Made by a program: the position numbers and the translations under genes. Under the pieces are notes generated by a model. That model searched no databases, was not told the origin of the DNA, and saw nothing but the letters and a program-made list of their open reading frames with translations. A DNA stretch of 64,000 nucleotides from the NCBI GenBank assembly GCA_031082145.1, contig JAVHLP010000001.1, positions 508,885 through 572,884 on the forward strand. The letters are read 5' to 3'. Every line of letters starts with the position of its first letter. The first letter of the stretch is position 1. This document shows positions 1-9,658 of this stretch, piece after piece. Source of the stretch: a bacterium (GTDB taxonomy: Bacteria; Bacillota; Sulfobacillia; UBA995).

Positions 1-252
1 GTAACCCTTCACGGCACCCACCAAGGCGAGAGCGGTCGCCGTATTCCCGGTGCTGGCCTCAACCACTCGCATGCCGGGGCGCAACCTGCCGGACCGCTCC
101 GCGTCGTCAATCATGCGTAAGGCAATCCGGTCCTTAATGCTCCCGCTGGGGTTAAGGTACTCCAGCTTCACGAGGACTTCGGCCCCGACCCCGTCCGTCA
201 GCCTGGCGAGACGCACCATCGGCGTATTGCCTATCAGGTCCAACACGGCCAC
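1..252 (-). CDS. cysK: Cysteine synthase / O-acetylserine sulfhydrylase, N-terminal part only (gene runs off the window start)
   Basis: Reverse-strand translation of 1-300 reads VLDLIGNTPMVRLARLTDGVGAEVLVKLEYLNPSGSIKDRIALRMIDDAERSGRLRPGMRVVEASTGNTATALALVGAVKGY, the PLP-enzyme cysteine-synthase N-terminus with its SIKDR and TSGNT motifs. GTG start at 252 preceded by GGGGAGGG. Not in the ORF track because it is truncated by the window edge. Confidence 0.8.
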   Translation of the reverse strand, partial: MAVLDLIGNTPMVRLARLTDGVGAEVLVKLEYLNPSGSIKDRIALRMIDDAERSGRLRPGMRVVEASTGNTATALALVGAVKGY

Positions 253-419
253 TTCTGACGCCCTCCCCTGGTCCGGCACTGCAAGCAAGTTGTATACAAT
301 ATGTAACATACTACATCGGCTTGCTGTATCCTGCTAACCTTGAACAAGTTTTCCTGGGGCAGACGGGCGGGGGGTGGAAGGGGGCGGGCCCGCGCACGCC
401 GGCGGGCCCGCCCCCTCTT

Positions 420-1664
420 CTAGCGGCAGAGGTCCGGGTAAAGCGGGTACCGGGATACCAGTTCCCGCACATCCTCCCTGGTGGCGGCCAGGACGGCATC
501 GTCGGCAGGCGCCTTGAGCACGCGGGCAATAATGGCAGCCACTCGGTCCATGTCGGCGGGGGTGAAACCCCGGGTGGTCACGGCCGGGCTCCCCAACCGG
601 ATCCCCGAGGTCACCTTGGGCGGTCGGGGATCAAAAGGGATGGAGTTCTTGTTCACAGTGATCCCCACCTCGTCCAGGACCCGCTCGGCCCGGACACCGG
701 TGATGTCCAGGGCCCGCAAGTCAATGAGCATGAGGTGATTGTCGGTACCACCCGAGACCGGGCGCAACCCCCGGCCATCCAGGCCCTCGGCCAGGGCCCG
801 GGCGTTGGCCAGGATCGCCTCCTGGTAGGCCTTGAAGCCCGGCTGCAGGGCCTCCTGGAAACAGACCGCCTTGGCGGCGATGATGTGCATCAGCGGGCCT
901 CCCTGGGTCCCGGGGAACACGGCCCGGTCGATTCTGGCCGCCAGGTCCTTCCGACACAAGATCATCCCCCCGCGGGGCCCGCGCAGGGTCTTATGAGTGG
1001 TGGTCGTGACCACGTCGGCGTGGGGGACCGGGCTCGGGTGCAGCCCCGCCGCCACCAGCCCGGCGATGTGGGCCATATCCACCATCAGCATGGCCCCGAC
1101 CTGATCGGCCGCCCGGCGCAGGCGCCCGAAGTCTATCACCCGGGGATAGGCGCTGGCCCCGGCAACCACCAGCTTGGGCCGGTGCTCAACGACCAACTGC
1201 TCAACCGCCTCGTAGTCGATGGTCTCGCTATCCGGCCGCACCCCGTAGGGGACGAAGTTGAAGTAGATGCCGGAGAAGTTCAGGGGGTGGCCATGGGTCA
1301 AGTGGCCGCCGTGGGCCAGGTTCATGCCCAACACGGTATCCCCTGGTGTGAGCAGCGCGAGGTATACGGCCACGTTCGCCTGGGCGCCGGAGTGGGGTTG
1401 CACGTTGGCGTGCTCGGCCCCGAACAGGCGCCGGGCCCGCTCTCGGGCCAGGCTCTCGGCCACGTCCACGAACTCGCAACCGCCGTAGTAGCGGGCGCCG
1501 GGATAACCCTCGGCGTACTTGTTGGTGAGGGTCGAACCGGCAGCCTCCATGACCGCCCGCGACACGAAGTTCTCCGAGGCGATCAGCTCGATGTGATCGT
1601 TCTGGCGGCGGGTCTCCCGCCGGATGGCCTCCAGGATCTCCGGGTCAACCTGACTCAGCTCCAC
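420..1664 (-). CDS. glyA: Serine hydroxymethyltransferase
   Basis: 414-aa ORF with SHMT hallmarks: [23 protein letters not shown], and the [14 protein letters not shown] block with the PLP lysine. GTG start with GAAGGAGG RBS. Confidence 0.95.
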   Translation of the reverse strand: MELSQVDPEILEAIRRETRRQNDHIELIASENFVSRAVMEAAGSTLTNKYAEGYPGARYYGGCEFVDVAESLARERARRLFGAEHANVQPHSGAQANVAVYLALLTPGDTVLGMNLAHGGHLTHGHPLNFSGIYFNFVPYGVRPDSETIDYEAVEQLVVEHRPKLVVAGASAYPRVIDFGRLRRAADQVGAMLMVDMAHIAGLVAAGLHPSPVPHADVVTTTTHKTLRGPRGGMILCRKDLAARIDRAVFPGTQGGPLMHIIAAKAVCFQEALQPGFKAYQEAILANARALAEGLDGRGLRPVSGGTDNHLMLIDLRALDITGVRAERVLDEVGITVNKNSIPFDPRPPKVTSGIRLGSPAVTTRGFTPADMDRVAAIIARVLKAPADDAVLAATREDVRELVSRYPLYPDLCR

Positions 1665-1789
1665 TGCCCGGCCTCCTTCTGACTGTCGGCGAGGGCCCCT
1701 CGGCCCCCCCTGTATGGGTATGCCCCGCCACCTCGGCGGGCATCTCCCCGCGCCCCTAGTTCCCTGTGACAGAGACCAACCCCTGCTTC

Positions 1790-2719
1790 CTATCTGCCGC
1801 TCGTCCCATCAAGGCCTGCCGGCGGCCGGGGCCGGGGCGCGCGACGCCCGAGATCGGTCACCTGCAGCAGCAGGATACCGCCGACGACGGCCGCCGCGCC
1901 GAGCCATTGCAGGGCCTCCAGGCGCTCGCCAAGCAAGAAACGGGCCGCAGCCGCCCCCGTCACCGGTTCAACGGCAGTGGTGATGCTCGCCCGGGTGGCC
2001 TCGATATGGGCCAGAGCCCGGGTGAACGCAGCATAAGCCAGCAGAGTGGGAAAGAGGGCCAGGAGGACGACGCCCCACCACACCCTGGCCAGCCCGGCTA
2101 TGTCGCCCAGGTCGCCTACCCGGCTGGCCAGAAGAACGAGGCCCCCAAAACCGAACCCCCACAACGCCACCGTCCAGGAGTTGTACCAGGCGGTCGCCTT
2201 CTTCCCGATGATGCTATACAGCGCGAACGCGACGGCGGACCCCACGCCGCTCAGGACGCCCTTGATGTTGAGCAGCAGTGCTTCCCGGTTGTAGGCCTGC
2301 GCGACGAGGAAGCAGCCGGCGAGGGTCAAGGTGAGGGCCAGGCACTTGCCCAAGTCGAGCCGTTCGCCCAACGCCCGGCCGGCCAGCAGGGCCACAAACA
2401 AGGGATAGGTGCCCATCAGGACAACGGCCACGGTACCGGTCGTCCACTTGAGGGCGTAGAAGTAGAGGGCGTAGTTCAGGGCCACGCAGGTCCCGCAGGC
2501 CAGGAACAGCGGCACGTCTCGCAGTCTCAGGCAGATCAGCCGCCGGTTGACAACACCCAGAACTGCGGCCAGCATGAAGAAGGCCGCGGCCGCCCTCAGA
2601 CCGACGAGGATAACCGGGTCGATCCCGGTGGCCATCAGCAGCTTGCCGAGGACTACCAGCGAAGCCCACAGGCACCCGGCCAGAAGGGCGAGGGAGTAGC
2701 CAAGGGCCGATGAAGGCAC
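1790..2719 (-). CDS. EamA/DMT-family membrane transporter
   Basis: 309-aa polytopic hydrophobic protein with two EamA-like halves. Confidence 0.7.
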   Translation of the reverse strand: MPSSALGYSLALLAGCLWASLVVLGKLLMATGIDPVILVGLRAAAAFFMLAAVLGVVNRRLICLRLRDVPLFLACGTCVALNYALYFYALKWTTGTVAVVLMGTYPLFVALLAGRALGERLDLGKCLALTLTLAGCFLVAQAYNREALLLNIKGVLSGVGSAVAFALYSIIGKKATAWYNSWTVALWGFGFGGLVLLASRVGDLGDIAGLARVWWGVVLLALFPTLLAYAAFTRALAHIEATRASITTAVEPVTGAAAARFLLGERLEALQWLGAAAVVGGILLLQVTDLGRRAPRPRPPAGLDGTSGR

Positions 2720-2816
2720 GGAAATGGTGATCCTCCTCGCGTCTTCCTTTCGCCGGGCCGGCCGCGAGTCCTACCTATTCGGGAGTCGAAAAAGGGAGTG
2801 GCGATTTCGGTCCGGC

Positions 2817-2845
2817 TCTTGCCCGCCACCCCGGGGTCTGCTAGA
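2817..2845 (+). promoter_or_regulatory. Sigma-A-type promoter for the proC T-box leader
   Basis: TTGCCC (2817-2822), 17-nt spacer, TAGAAT (2840-2845). Predicted TSS near 2852. Confidence 0.5.
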
Positions 2846-2851
2846 ATGGAC

Positions 2852-3125
2852 GTCAAGAACATAGGAGCGATGAAGGGGAACAACGAGGGTGTCGCCGGCA
2901 CCCCCAGAGAGCCGGTTCGCGGGCTGAGAGACCGGCAAGCCGGGCCCCTCCACCCACCCTGGAGTTGGCTGCGAAGAGCAGTCCGGATGCCCCGCCGTTA
3001 ACCGGGGACGGGTATCGCCCGTATTGGGCCGTACCCGCGAGAGGGCTGGGCAACCGGCCAAGCAAGGTGGTACCGCGGAAGTGACGCCTTCCGTCCTTGT
3101 CGGACGGAGGGCGTCTTCACTTTGG
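2852..3125 (+). promoter_or_regulatory. T-box riboswitch leader (tRNA-sensing), probably proline-specific, controlling proC
   Basis: Canonical T-box sequence AGGTGGTACCGCGG at 3066-3079. It overlaps the 5' arm of a strong terminator: GACGCCTTCCGTCC / loop TTGT / GGACGGAGGGCGTC (3083-3115), then TTCACTTTGG. Leader is about 295 nt before the proC ATG at 3147. AGAGA and GA-type motifs occur upstream. Confidence 0.7.
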
Positions 3126-3146
3126 GACAAGGAGGTGAAGCAGCCG

Positions 3147-4001
3147 ATGTGTGCCCAACCAACCCTCGGCTTCATCGGGGCCGGCGCCATGACCGAGGCT
3201 CTGGTTCAGGGGGTGCTGGCCGCAGGCTGGACCGCTCCCGGCCAGATCCATGTCACCAACCGGTCCCATCATGGCCGCCGGGCTGCCCTGGCAGCCCGTT
3301 TCGGGGTGCGCGCGCATCCCGGCAAGGGCCCGGTACTGGAAGCCTGCTCCACCATCGTCCTGGCGGTCAAACCGGTTGACATGGACGAGGTCCTGGGCGA
3401 GGTCGGCCCCGTGCTCCGGCCGGAGCACCTGGTGATCAGCGTGGCCGCCGGGGTGACCCTGGCCCGGCTGGCTCGAGGTCTCGGCGGGCACCCCCGGTTG
3501 GTGCGGGCCATGCCCAACACCTCCTGCCAGGTCCGTCAATCCGCCACGGTTCTGGCAGCCGCCCCCGGTGCCGATAAGGCCGATCTCGAGGTGGCACGGG
3601 CTGTTTTCTCGGCGGTGGGGCAGGTCCTGACTCTCCCCGAGGAAGCTATCGATGCCGTCACCGGACTGTCGGGCTGTGGACCGGCCTACGTCTACCTGAT
3701 GATCGAGGCCCTCGCCGAGGCAGGCCGGGAAGTGGGCCTGCCGGCCGAGGTCGCCGGTTCGCTGGCCGCCCAGACGGTGTTCGGCGCCTCGCTCATGGCT
3801 CTGCGCACCGGTGAAGGCCCGGAGGCGTTACGGCTGCGGGTGGCCTCCCCCGGCGGGGCCACCCTGGCCGGCCTGCGCACCCTCGAGGAGGCGGGGTTCG
3901 CCGCCGCCGTCCGGCGGGCGGTCCAATCGGCCAGCCGCAGGGCCTCGGAACTGGGCTCGGCCCCACCCCGGCGCGGTGCCCGGGTCCGCCGGCATCCCTG
4001 A
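3147..4001 (+). CDS. proC: Pyrroline-5-carboxylate reductase
   Basis: Rossmann N-terminus LGFIGAGAMTEAL, and AVKP, MPNT, GSGPAY motifs typical of P5C reductase. AGGAGG RBS 8 nt upstream of ATG 3147. The track ORF starts earlier, inside the leader. Confidence 0.9.
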   Translation: MCAQPTLGFIGAGAMTEALVQGVLAAGWTAPGQIHVTNRSHHGRRAALAARFGVRAHPGKGPVLEACSTIVLAVKPVDMDEVLGEVGPVLRPEHLVISVAAGVTLARLARGLGGHPRLVRAMPNTSCQVRQSATVLAAAPGADKADLEVARAVFSAVGQVLTLPEEAIDAVTGLSGCGPAYVYLMIEALAEAGREVGLPAEVAGSLAAQTVFGASLMALRTGEGPEALRLRVASPGGATLAGLRTLEEAGFAAAVRRAVQSASRRASELGSAPPRRGARVRRHP

Positions 4002-4064
4002 CGGATTCCCCCCGGCCGGGACTGCCGTGGTACAATAGGCGCAAAGGTAGGAGGTGCCGGGAAG

Positions 4065-4491
4065 GTGGATTTGGCAGCCCTGTACACGCCGGAGTTCAAG
4101 GAGTTTTGCCGCCGGCGCGGCCTCCGCCTCGTAGTCCTCTTTGGCTCCCGCGCCACCGGCCGGGCGGGCGCGCGGAGCGACGTTGACCTGGCCGTCCAAG
4201 TGGACGAGCCGGAGACGACACCGGCAGCCCGGCCGCGCCAGGAGACGTCTGCTGCGAGACTTGGTCTCCTACCTCCGGATCGACGCTATCGACCTGGTCT
4301 TCCTGTGCCGCTCCACCCCTTTCCTGAAGTTACAGGTGGCTCGAACCGGCAAGCCGGTCTACGAGGCGGAGCCGGGGCTGTTCGCCGCTTTCTGTTCCCG
4401 GGCCGCGCGTGAACAAGGTGATGGGCGGGTGCTTGAGCGGGGTGCAGACGAGTATCTGCGCCGGGAAATCGAGGTGGAGCCTGGTGGTTGA
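4065..4491 (+). pseudogene. MNT-type nucleotidyltransferase antitoxin (HepT/MNT family), frameshifted
   Basis: Frame 0 gives LVVLFGSRATGRAGARSDVDLAVQVDEPE (NTase fold GS...DxD). The conserved C-terminal half (LLRDLVSYLRIDAIDLVFL...KLQVARTGKPVYEAE) continues in the +1 frame from about 4245, so there is a frameshift near 4215-4245. This could be a sequencing error or a real pseudogene. Confidence 0.6.
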
Positions 4492-4688
4492 CACTGCCGT
4501 CATCCGGCGCAAGCTCCACCGAATGGCCTGGCTATCTCCGTGAACTGAACGAGTTGAGCCGGATCACCCTAGAGGAGTACCTCGGCGACTTCCGGCACCG
4601 GCGGGCGGTGGAGAGAGTAGTCCAACTGCTGGTGGATGCCGCCGTGGACGTCAACACCCACATTCTAGTGGATCAGGTTGGTTCGTGA
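4488..4688 (+). pseudogene. HepT-like (DUF86) toxin, C-terminally truncated
   Basis: 66-aa ORF with the DUF86/HepT N-terminal signature ...RAVERVVQLLVDAAVDVNTHIL.... It lacks the C-terminal Rx4HxY catalytic region. ATGA overlap with the MNT gene is typical of a TA pair. Confidence 0.5.
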
Positions 4689-4741
4689 CTTTCTCAGCTT
4701 CGGCAGGAGGCGACCGGCCGGCAATAAGCCTGCTTCGGGCT

Positions 4742-5962
4742 CTAGTCGACATCGCTGCCTCCTTCACCGAACGGCGCCCGCTGCATGACCAGGTGCAAGG
4801 CACGTCCCTCGGGTTCGAAGATGGCGGTGTACATGTTCATGGCGAAAGAGTCGGTCATGCCGCAAACGTAGTCGGCCACGACCCTGGCCCGGGCCGCTTC
4901 CGAATCGTCGGCTTCCCACAGGGCCCGGGTCAGGGGATGCAGGAGTTCGGGGTGGTCCAGGAAGGCCCGGAATAGCCCGCGGACGATGAGCCGTCCCTTG
5001 TGATTCATGACCTGCACCAGGTGGCTACGGTAGACTCGCTCCATGAGAAAGCTCTTCAGAGCCGCGAAGTCGCCGGTCAGGCCCGACGGGAGTCCGATCA
5101 TTGTCGAGGCGCACTCGCGCACTTCAGGCAGACTCGACACCCCCTTCAGGTTCTCCCCCGACCACCGGGTCGCATCCTGGATGAGGGTGTGGATAAGGTG
5201 GCGAATTACCCTCCGGCCCAGCACCCGGGGATCGGCCGGGGGAGACCGCCTGATTTCCTCCCGGGCCAGCCGTTCGGCCCCGGCCACCATTGGAATACCT
5301 TGGGCCCGGAGTTCAGCCAGGGATGTCATCCCTCCGACCAGAGCGTCATCCAGATCGTGGGTGCAGAATGCGATCTGGTCGGCCAGGTTGACTATCTGCG
5401 CCTCCAGCGACGGCTGGTGATGGACGGCAAACTCCGGGGGAACCCGGGGGTTGTCGTAGTCGGTTACGTGCCGGGCCAGCCCCTCCCGGGTCTCGTAGGT
5501 CAGATTCAGACCGGGGAAGCTGGGATAGCGGAGTTCCAGTTCATCCACGATCCGGAGGCCCTGAAGGTTGTGATCAAAGCCCCCTCCCACCAGTGCCCCC
5601 AGTTCCTGCTCGCCGGCATGGCCAAAGGGCGGATGCCCCAAGTCATGCGCCAGGGCAATAGCCTCGGCCAGATCCTCGTTACAACCGAGCGACCGGGCCA
5701 GGGTCCGGGCGATCTGCATGACCTCCAGGGTGTGAGTGAGCCGGGTGCGGTAGAAGTCGCCCTCGTGCAACACGTAGACCTGAGTCTTGTACTGCAGCCG
5801 GCGGAAGGCGGTGGAGTACAGGATGCGGTCGCGGTCCAACTGGTACGCCGATCGCCCGGACTCTTCCTCGGGTGAGTCCGGGAACCTCCTCTCGGCCCGG
5901 TTCGAGAACGCGGCGTACGGGGCCAGGGTCTGCCGCTCCCGGTCTTCAACCACCTCGCGCAT
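4742..5962 (-). CDS. dgt: dGTP triphosphohydrolase-like HD-domain phosphohydrolase
   Basis: 406 aa. RTRLTHTLEVMQIART, HDLGHPPFGH and FCTHDLDD motifs of the dGTPase (Dgt/SAMHD1-like) HD superfamily. Confidence 0.85.
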   Translation of the reverse strand: MREVVEDRERQTLAPYAAFSNRAERRFPDSPEEESGRSAYQLDRDRILYSTAFRRLQYKTQVYVLHEGDFYRTRLTHTLEVMQIARTLARSLGCNEDLAEAIALAHDLGHPPFGHAGEQELGALVGGGFDHNLQGLRIVDELELRYPSFPGLNLTYETREGLARHVTDYDNPRVPPEFAVHHQPSLEAQIVNLADQIAFCTHDLDDALVGGMTSLAELRAQGIPMVAGAERLAREEIRRSPPADPRVLGRRVIRHLIHTLIQDATRWSGENLKGVSSLPEVRECASTMIGLPSGLTGDFAALKSFLMERVYRSHLVQVMNHKGRLIVRGLFRAFLDHPELLHPLTRALWEADDSEAARARVVADYVCGMTDSFAMNMYTAIFEPEGRALHLVMQRAPFGEGGSDVD

Positions 5963-5977
5963 GTCTCCCCTCCCCGT

Positions 5978-6378
5978 TCACCGGCCCCCCGATTGCCGGC
6001 CGGGGTTGCGGATCATCATCCCGGTGTTCTCCACCATACCGAACTGCCGGTAGAAGGGAACCAGGCCCCGATCGCAGACCAGGTCGACCATGTAGAAGTG
6101 GCTGAGACGGGCCAGCATCCGGCGCGCGAGTTCCCGGCCGATTCCCCGCCCGCGGTACTCCGGTAGTACCTCCAGCAGCGGGATGTAGGCGGTCAAGACC
6201 CCGTCGCCGACCGCGTTGACAAACCCCACCACCCGGCCGGAGTCGTCGTCCACGGCCAACACGACGTGGGCCGAGTTCTCCAGCAGGAGGAGGTGGGTCG
6301 CGGGGTTAGGCGCAGCCGGCCATCCCTCGAAGAAACCCTCGAGTTGCTCCGGGGCCACCCCGGCCGTCGTGTCCCGGT
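5978..6378 (-). CDS. GNAT-family N-acetyltransferase
   Basis: GNAT acetyl-CoA motif LEVLPEYRGRGIGRELARRMLA. Start reassigned to GTG at 6378 (RBS GGAGGGG), which removes the overlap with the upstream gene stop at 6385. Confidence 0.75.
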
Positions 6379-6384
6379 AGGTGA

Positions 6385-7509
6385 TCACGGCATCCCCTCC
6401 ACACTCTGGGCCCCTTGCCAGCGGGCCCATTCCTCAAGGGCGTCCCGGAAACCCCCCTGGGGTTCCCGTTGCCACCATACACCCTCCACCTGAAGGACTC
6501 CCTGCCGCCGGTTCAGCCGGGGCGCGAACCGGCCGACCAGTTCCTCCCCGGCCAGGATGGCCATGGTGTAAGGCCCGTACGTTCGCCGCGCGGGGGGCAG
6601 GTAGGCCTCCCAGGTGTAGTCGAAGCCAAAGATGGCGGCCGTCCGCCTCCGGTCGATGATGAGGTTGTCCAAAGGGGGGAGGAAACGCAGGCCGCCTTCC
6701 GCCGGCCGCCCGTTCCGCAGCTCTTCCTCCTCCCCGGCCGGCAGGTAGTACAACCCTCCCCCGTCCTCCATCGCTACCGGTAGCACCTCGCCCCGAGCCA
6801 CCGCCTCTTCGGCTAGCCGCTTTCTTTCCGGGGCCTTCAAGCGTCCCCAGGCGAAGTGAACGTCCCGCGGATCGGCGAGGCCCACGGCCGAGAAGTACAG
6901 CCGCGCCAGGTGACCGTCATCGCCCCGGGGCTCCACCGGCCCCAGCACGCGCTCGGGCAGGTCGAAGTAACGCAAGTTGCCTTCGCGGTGGTGGATGACG
7001 ATCCGCCCAAAGTGCCAGAGCCACTCTAGGGCCTGGCTGACGGCACGGGTGCCGGCCTCGCCATCCGGGTCCCACCACCCCTCAACCTTCTCGCGGGAGT
7101 CGAAACAGCGGGGGCTCATGGGTCCCCTTTCCGTGATGGTGCCCAAGACGGCTTCCAGGGTGGGCTCCAGCGCACTCAGGCCGGGCCGGTAGCGGGCCTC
7201 CAAGGCCCGGAAGCGGGTGAGGAAGAGGGGGAAGGTCTCCACCGGCACGATGCAGCGGACGGTGGTCACAACCTCCACCAGCTCACGTTCCCGGTAGAGA
7301 AGATGGTCCAGTTGCTCCGGCTGGTAGCTGGGAACCCGGGCCCGCAGCACCAAGTGGTGGTTCCGTTCCACCACCTGAATGGGGTCGACCTGCACGTAGC
7401 CCAGACCCCGGACCGCCATCAGGGGGCCGGCCCAGCGTCCCCCGAAGCCGGAGCGGTTCACCAGGAACCGCCGGGCCTGTTCGCGGCTGACTCGCAAGGG
7501 CATAGCCAT
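6385..7509 (-). CDS. Winged-helix YcaQ/AlkZ-like protein (HTH_42 family; candidate interstrand-crosslink DNA glycosylase)
   Basis: 374 aa. N-terminal ...ARRFLVNRSGF...GLGYVQVDPIQVVERNHHLVLRARV... pattern characteristic of the YcaQ/AlkZ family. Family call is from recalled motif similarity only. Confidence 0.65.
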   Translation of the reverse strand: MAMPLRVSREQARRFLVNRSGFGGRWAGPLMAVRGLGYVQVDPIQVVERNHHLVLRARVPSYQPEQLDHLLYRERELVEVVTTVRCIVPVETFPLFLTRFRALEARYRPGLSALEPTLEAVLGTITERGPMSPRCFDSREKVEGWWDPDGEAGTRAVSQALEWLWHFGRIVIHHREGNLRYFDLPERVLGPVEPRGDDGHLARLYFSAVGLADPRDVHFAWGRLKAPERKRLAEEAVARGEVLPVAMEDGGGLYYLPAGEEEELRNGRPAEGGLRFLPPLDNLIIDRRRTAAIFGFDYTWEAYLPPARRTYGPYTMAILAGEELVGRFAPRLNRRQGVLQVEGVWWQREPQGGFRDALEEWARWQGAQSVEGMP

Positions 7510-7623
7510 GAGAGGTTGGTTTCGCGGACCCGCTCCAGGCTCCTTCCGGGCAGCGCGAGTTCGCTGCCCTAACCCGGTGGGCCCCCGGTGAGGAAGGCGC
7601 GGGGGGTGCCGCCCCGGTTCGGG

Positions 7624-8463
7624 CTAATCCGGCGGCGCCAGCAGCCACGGCGCCCGGGGGTCGTGGCGGGCCAAGTTGCGACGGGCCGCCCGGCCCCGGG
7701 TGGCGTAGCAGTAGAGACAGCCGTGCAGGCAGGTGTCATAGGCCCCGATATCCCGGCTGGCCACGCAGCGGCAGGCCGGCCGCTGGCCCGGATCCTTGCG
7801 GGCGGGCACGGCCACCCCAGAGAGTTCGCTTACCAGCCCATCATCCACGCACTTGCCCTCCGGCTCCAGGCCCTCCGCGCACGTCTGCAGCCGTATGCCG
7901 TGCTCGCCGGCAATGCCGGCCAGGCGGCCCAGGAGGTCGGGGTCCGGTGGGTCCCGGTTCACCTTCAGCCGCCGCATCACCCGCGGATAGGGATCGAGGA
8001 AGCTCACGACCACCCGCTCGGTGGCCCCCTCCAGGGCCCGGGCCAGGGCGGTGAAGGCCTGGAGGTGATAGGCGGCGTCGAGTTCTCGGCTGAGGATGAT
8101 CGGGTCATAGCGCCATATCACCCGGCGGGGGCCGATCAGCCGGGAGAGGCGGCTGAATGAAGCCACGAGCTGGCCGAGGGGCGGCAGACCCGGCTCGAGG
8201 TGACGGGGATAGGCGGTGAGGGTGAAGAGGAAGTAGTGGCGGAAGCCTTCCAGCTCAGGCAAGGCCGGCAGCAGGGGCCGGGGATCGCGGGTCCACAGGA
8301 CCAGGACCGTCTCCCCCGGCGCCAGCGCTACCCGGGTCACCTGCCTGGGGTTGAACGGGTTCGAGGTCAGGCAGTAGCCCGCTCGCAACCGGTTGAGCAG
8401 CCACTCGGCATAGAAGGCGGGGATATCGGTGCGGCGGCTGGCGCTGACGACCTGGATCACCAT
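7624..8463 (-). CDS. DUF1848-like protein with C-terminal cysteine cluster (CRC...CxxxCxxC)
   Basis: 279 aa. N-terminal SASRRTDIPAFY, C-terminal CRCVASRDIGAYDTCLHGCLYCYA. The DUF1848 assignment is tentative. Confidence 0.5.
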   Translation of the reverse strand: MVIQVVSASRRTDIPAFYAEWLLNRLRAGYCLTSNPFNPRQVTRVALAPGETVLVLWTRDPRPLLPALPELEGFRHYFLFTLTAYPRHLEPGLPPLGQLVASFSRLSRLIGPRRVIWRYDPIILSRELDAAYHLQAFTALARALEGATERVVVSFLDPYPRVMRRLKVNRDPPDPDLLGRLAGIAGEHGIRLQTCAEGLEPEGKCVDDGLVSELSGVAVPARKDPGQRPACRCVASRDIGAYDTCLHGCLYCYATRGRAARRNLARHDPRAPWLLAPPD

Positions 8464-8530
8464 CGCTGTTCCCCCCGGTCAGGATTCAACCCGCGCGGGT
8501 TCGACCCTTTCTCCGGGGAATACTTGAGCC

Positions 8531-9658
8531 ATGGCTCAGATCATCATCGTCGGAGGAAGCCATGGCGGCGTCAACGCCGCCCACACGCTAGCCCATCGCC
8601 TGGGCCGGGAGCACCGGATCATCCTGATCTCGGCGGTCGACGAATTCGTCTACCGCCCAACACTAGTTCACCTGGCGATGGGGCTCCGGACCGCCAAGCA
8701 GATCCGCCGGCCGCTGGCCCCCGGTCTCCGGCGGAGGGGCATCGAGTTCGTGCAAGACACCGTGGAGCACATCGATCCCCAGGCCCGCCGGGTAACCGGC
8801 AGGACCGGCGAGCACGACTACGACTTCCTGGTCGTGGCCCCGGGAGCCCGGGCCGACTGGTCTGGCCTCCCGGGAGGGGCCGAGCATGCTCACACCCTGC
8901 TGTGGATGGACGATGCCGTGAGGCTCAGGCAGGCCATCGACTCCTTCCGCGGCGGGTCGGTGGTCATCGGCATGCAGCGGGGGGGAGAACTGCCCTGCCC
9001 GTTGTACGAAGTGCCCCTGCTCCTGGACGCTTACCTGGTGAGACGAGGGCTGCGGGGGCAGACCACGATCACCGCCTTCTCCTACGAGAAGACCCCCTAC
9101 GCGCTGGCAGGCCCTCGTGCATCAAGGCTGGGGGCAAGGATCCTGCGCAACCGGAACATCGGCTTCATCGGCGGAACAACGGCAACCCGGATCGAGCCGG
9201 GGAGGGTGCGGCTGGAAGACGGTGCCGAGCTCCCCTCCGACCTGACCTTCATCATGCCGCCGTACAAGGGGCGGGACGTCGTGCAGGGGCTGGAACCTCC
9301 CACCGCCGACGGCATGCTACCGGTGGACGACTACATGCGGAGCACCCGGCACGACGACGTCTACGCGGTGGGCGACGCGGTTGACGTGGACGGGCCCAAG
9401 ACAGGACGGATCGCCCAGCAGCAAGGCAAGGTGGCCGGGTCCAACATAGCCGCCCTGCTCCAAGGCAAGAAGCCCGTCGCTCTGTACAACTCCGAATACC
9501 TGTGTGTGCTGGACCTGGGGCTTGGGGGTGGCCTGGGCTGGCTGCGGCGCCCTTCCCCGGGCCAGGGGCGGCCCGTCAACTACCTCGGCGTCTCGGGGCC
9601 GCCCGTCAAGTGGGGCAAGCTGGTGTTGGAACGGGCCCAACTGGCTAAGCTGCGCTAG
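8531..9658 (+). CDS. FAD/NAD(P)-binding pyridine-nucleotide-disulfide-type oxidoreductase (SQR / NDH-2-like)
   Basis: N-terminal IIIVGGSHGG dinucleotide fold. Second dinucleotide motif near YAVGDA. Confidence 0.7.
   Translation: MAQIIIVGGSHGGVNAAHTLAHRLGREHRIILISAVDEFVYRPTLVHLAMGLRTAKQIRRPLAPGLRRRGIEFVQDTVEHIDPQARRVTGRTGEHDYDFLVVAPGARADWSGLPGGAEHAHTLLWMDDAVRLRQAIDSFRGGSVVIGMQRGGELPCPLYEVPLLLDAYLVRRGLRGQTTITAFSYEKTPYALAGPRASRLGARILRNRNIGFIGGTTATRIEPGRVRLEDGAELPSDLTFIMPPYKGRDVVQGLEPPTADGMLPVDDYMRSTRHDDVYAVGDAVDVDGPKTGRIAQQQGKVAGSNIAALLQGKKPVALYNSEYLCVLDLGLGGGLGWLRRPSPGQGRPVNYLGVSGPPVKWGKLVLERAQLAKLR

Noticed and set aside
321-1682. 453-aa plus-strand ORF
   Set aside because: Antisense shadow of glyA in a ~70% GC genome. 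Gly/Pro/Arg-rich low-complexity translation, no RBS, and it fully overlaps a gene with unmistakable SHMT motifs.
1766-2713. 315-aa plus-strand ORF
   Set aside because: Antisense shadow of the EamA transporter gene. Arg/Gly/Pro-rich with no recognisable domain.
3024-3146. N-terminal 41 codons of the track's proC ORF
   Set aside because: This stretch is the T-box antiterminator/terminator. The AGGAGG RBS and conserved Rossmann N-terminus place the true start at 3147.
5000-5875. 291-aa plus-strand ORF
   Set aside because: Antisense to the dGTPase gene, which has clear HD motifs.
8200-9384. 394-aa plus-strand ORF spanning two genes
   Set aside because: Runs antisense through the DUF1848 gene start and out of frame through the oxidoreductase. 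Arg/Pro/Gly composition typical of GC-shadow ORFs.
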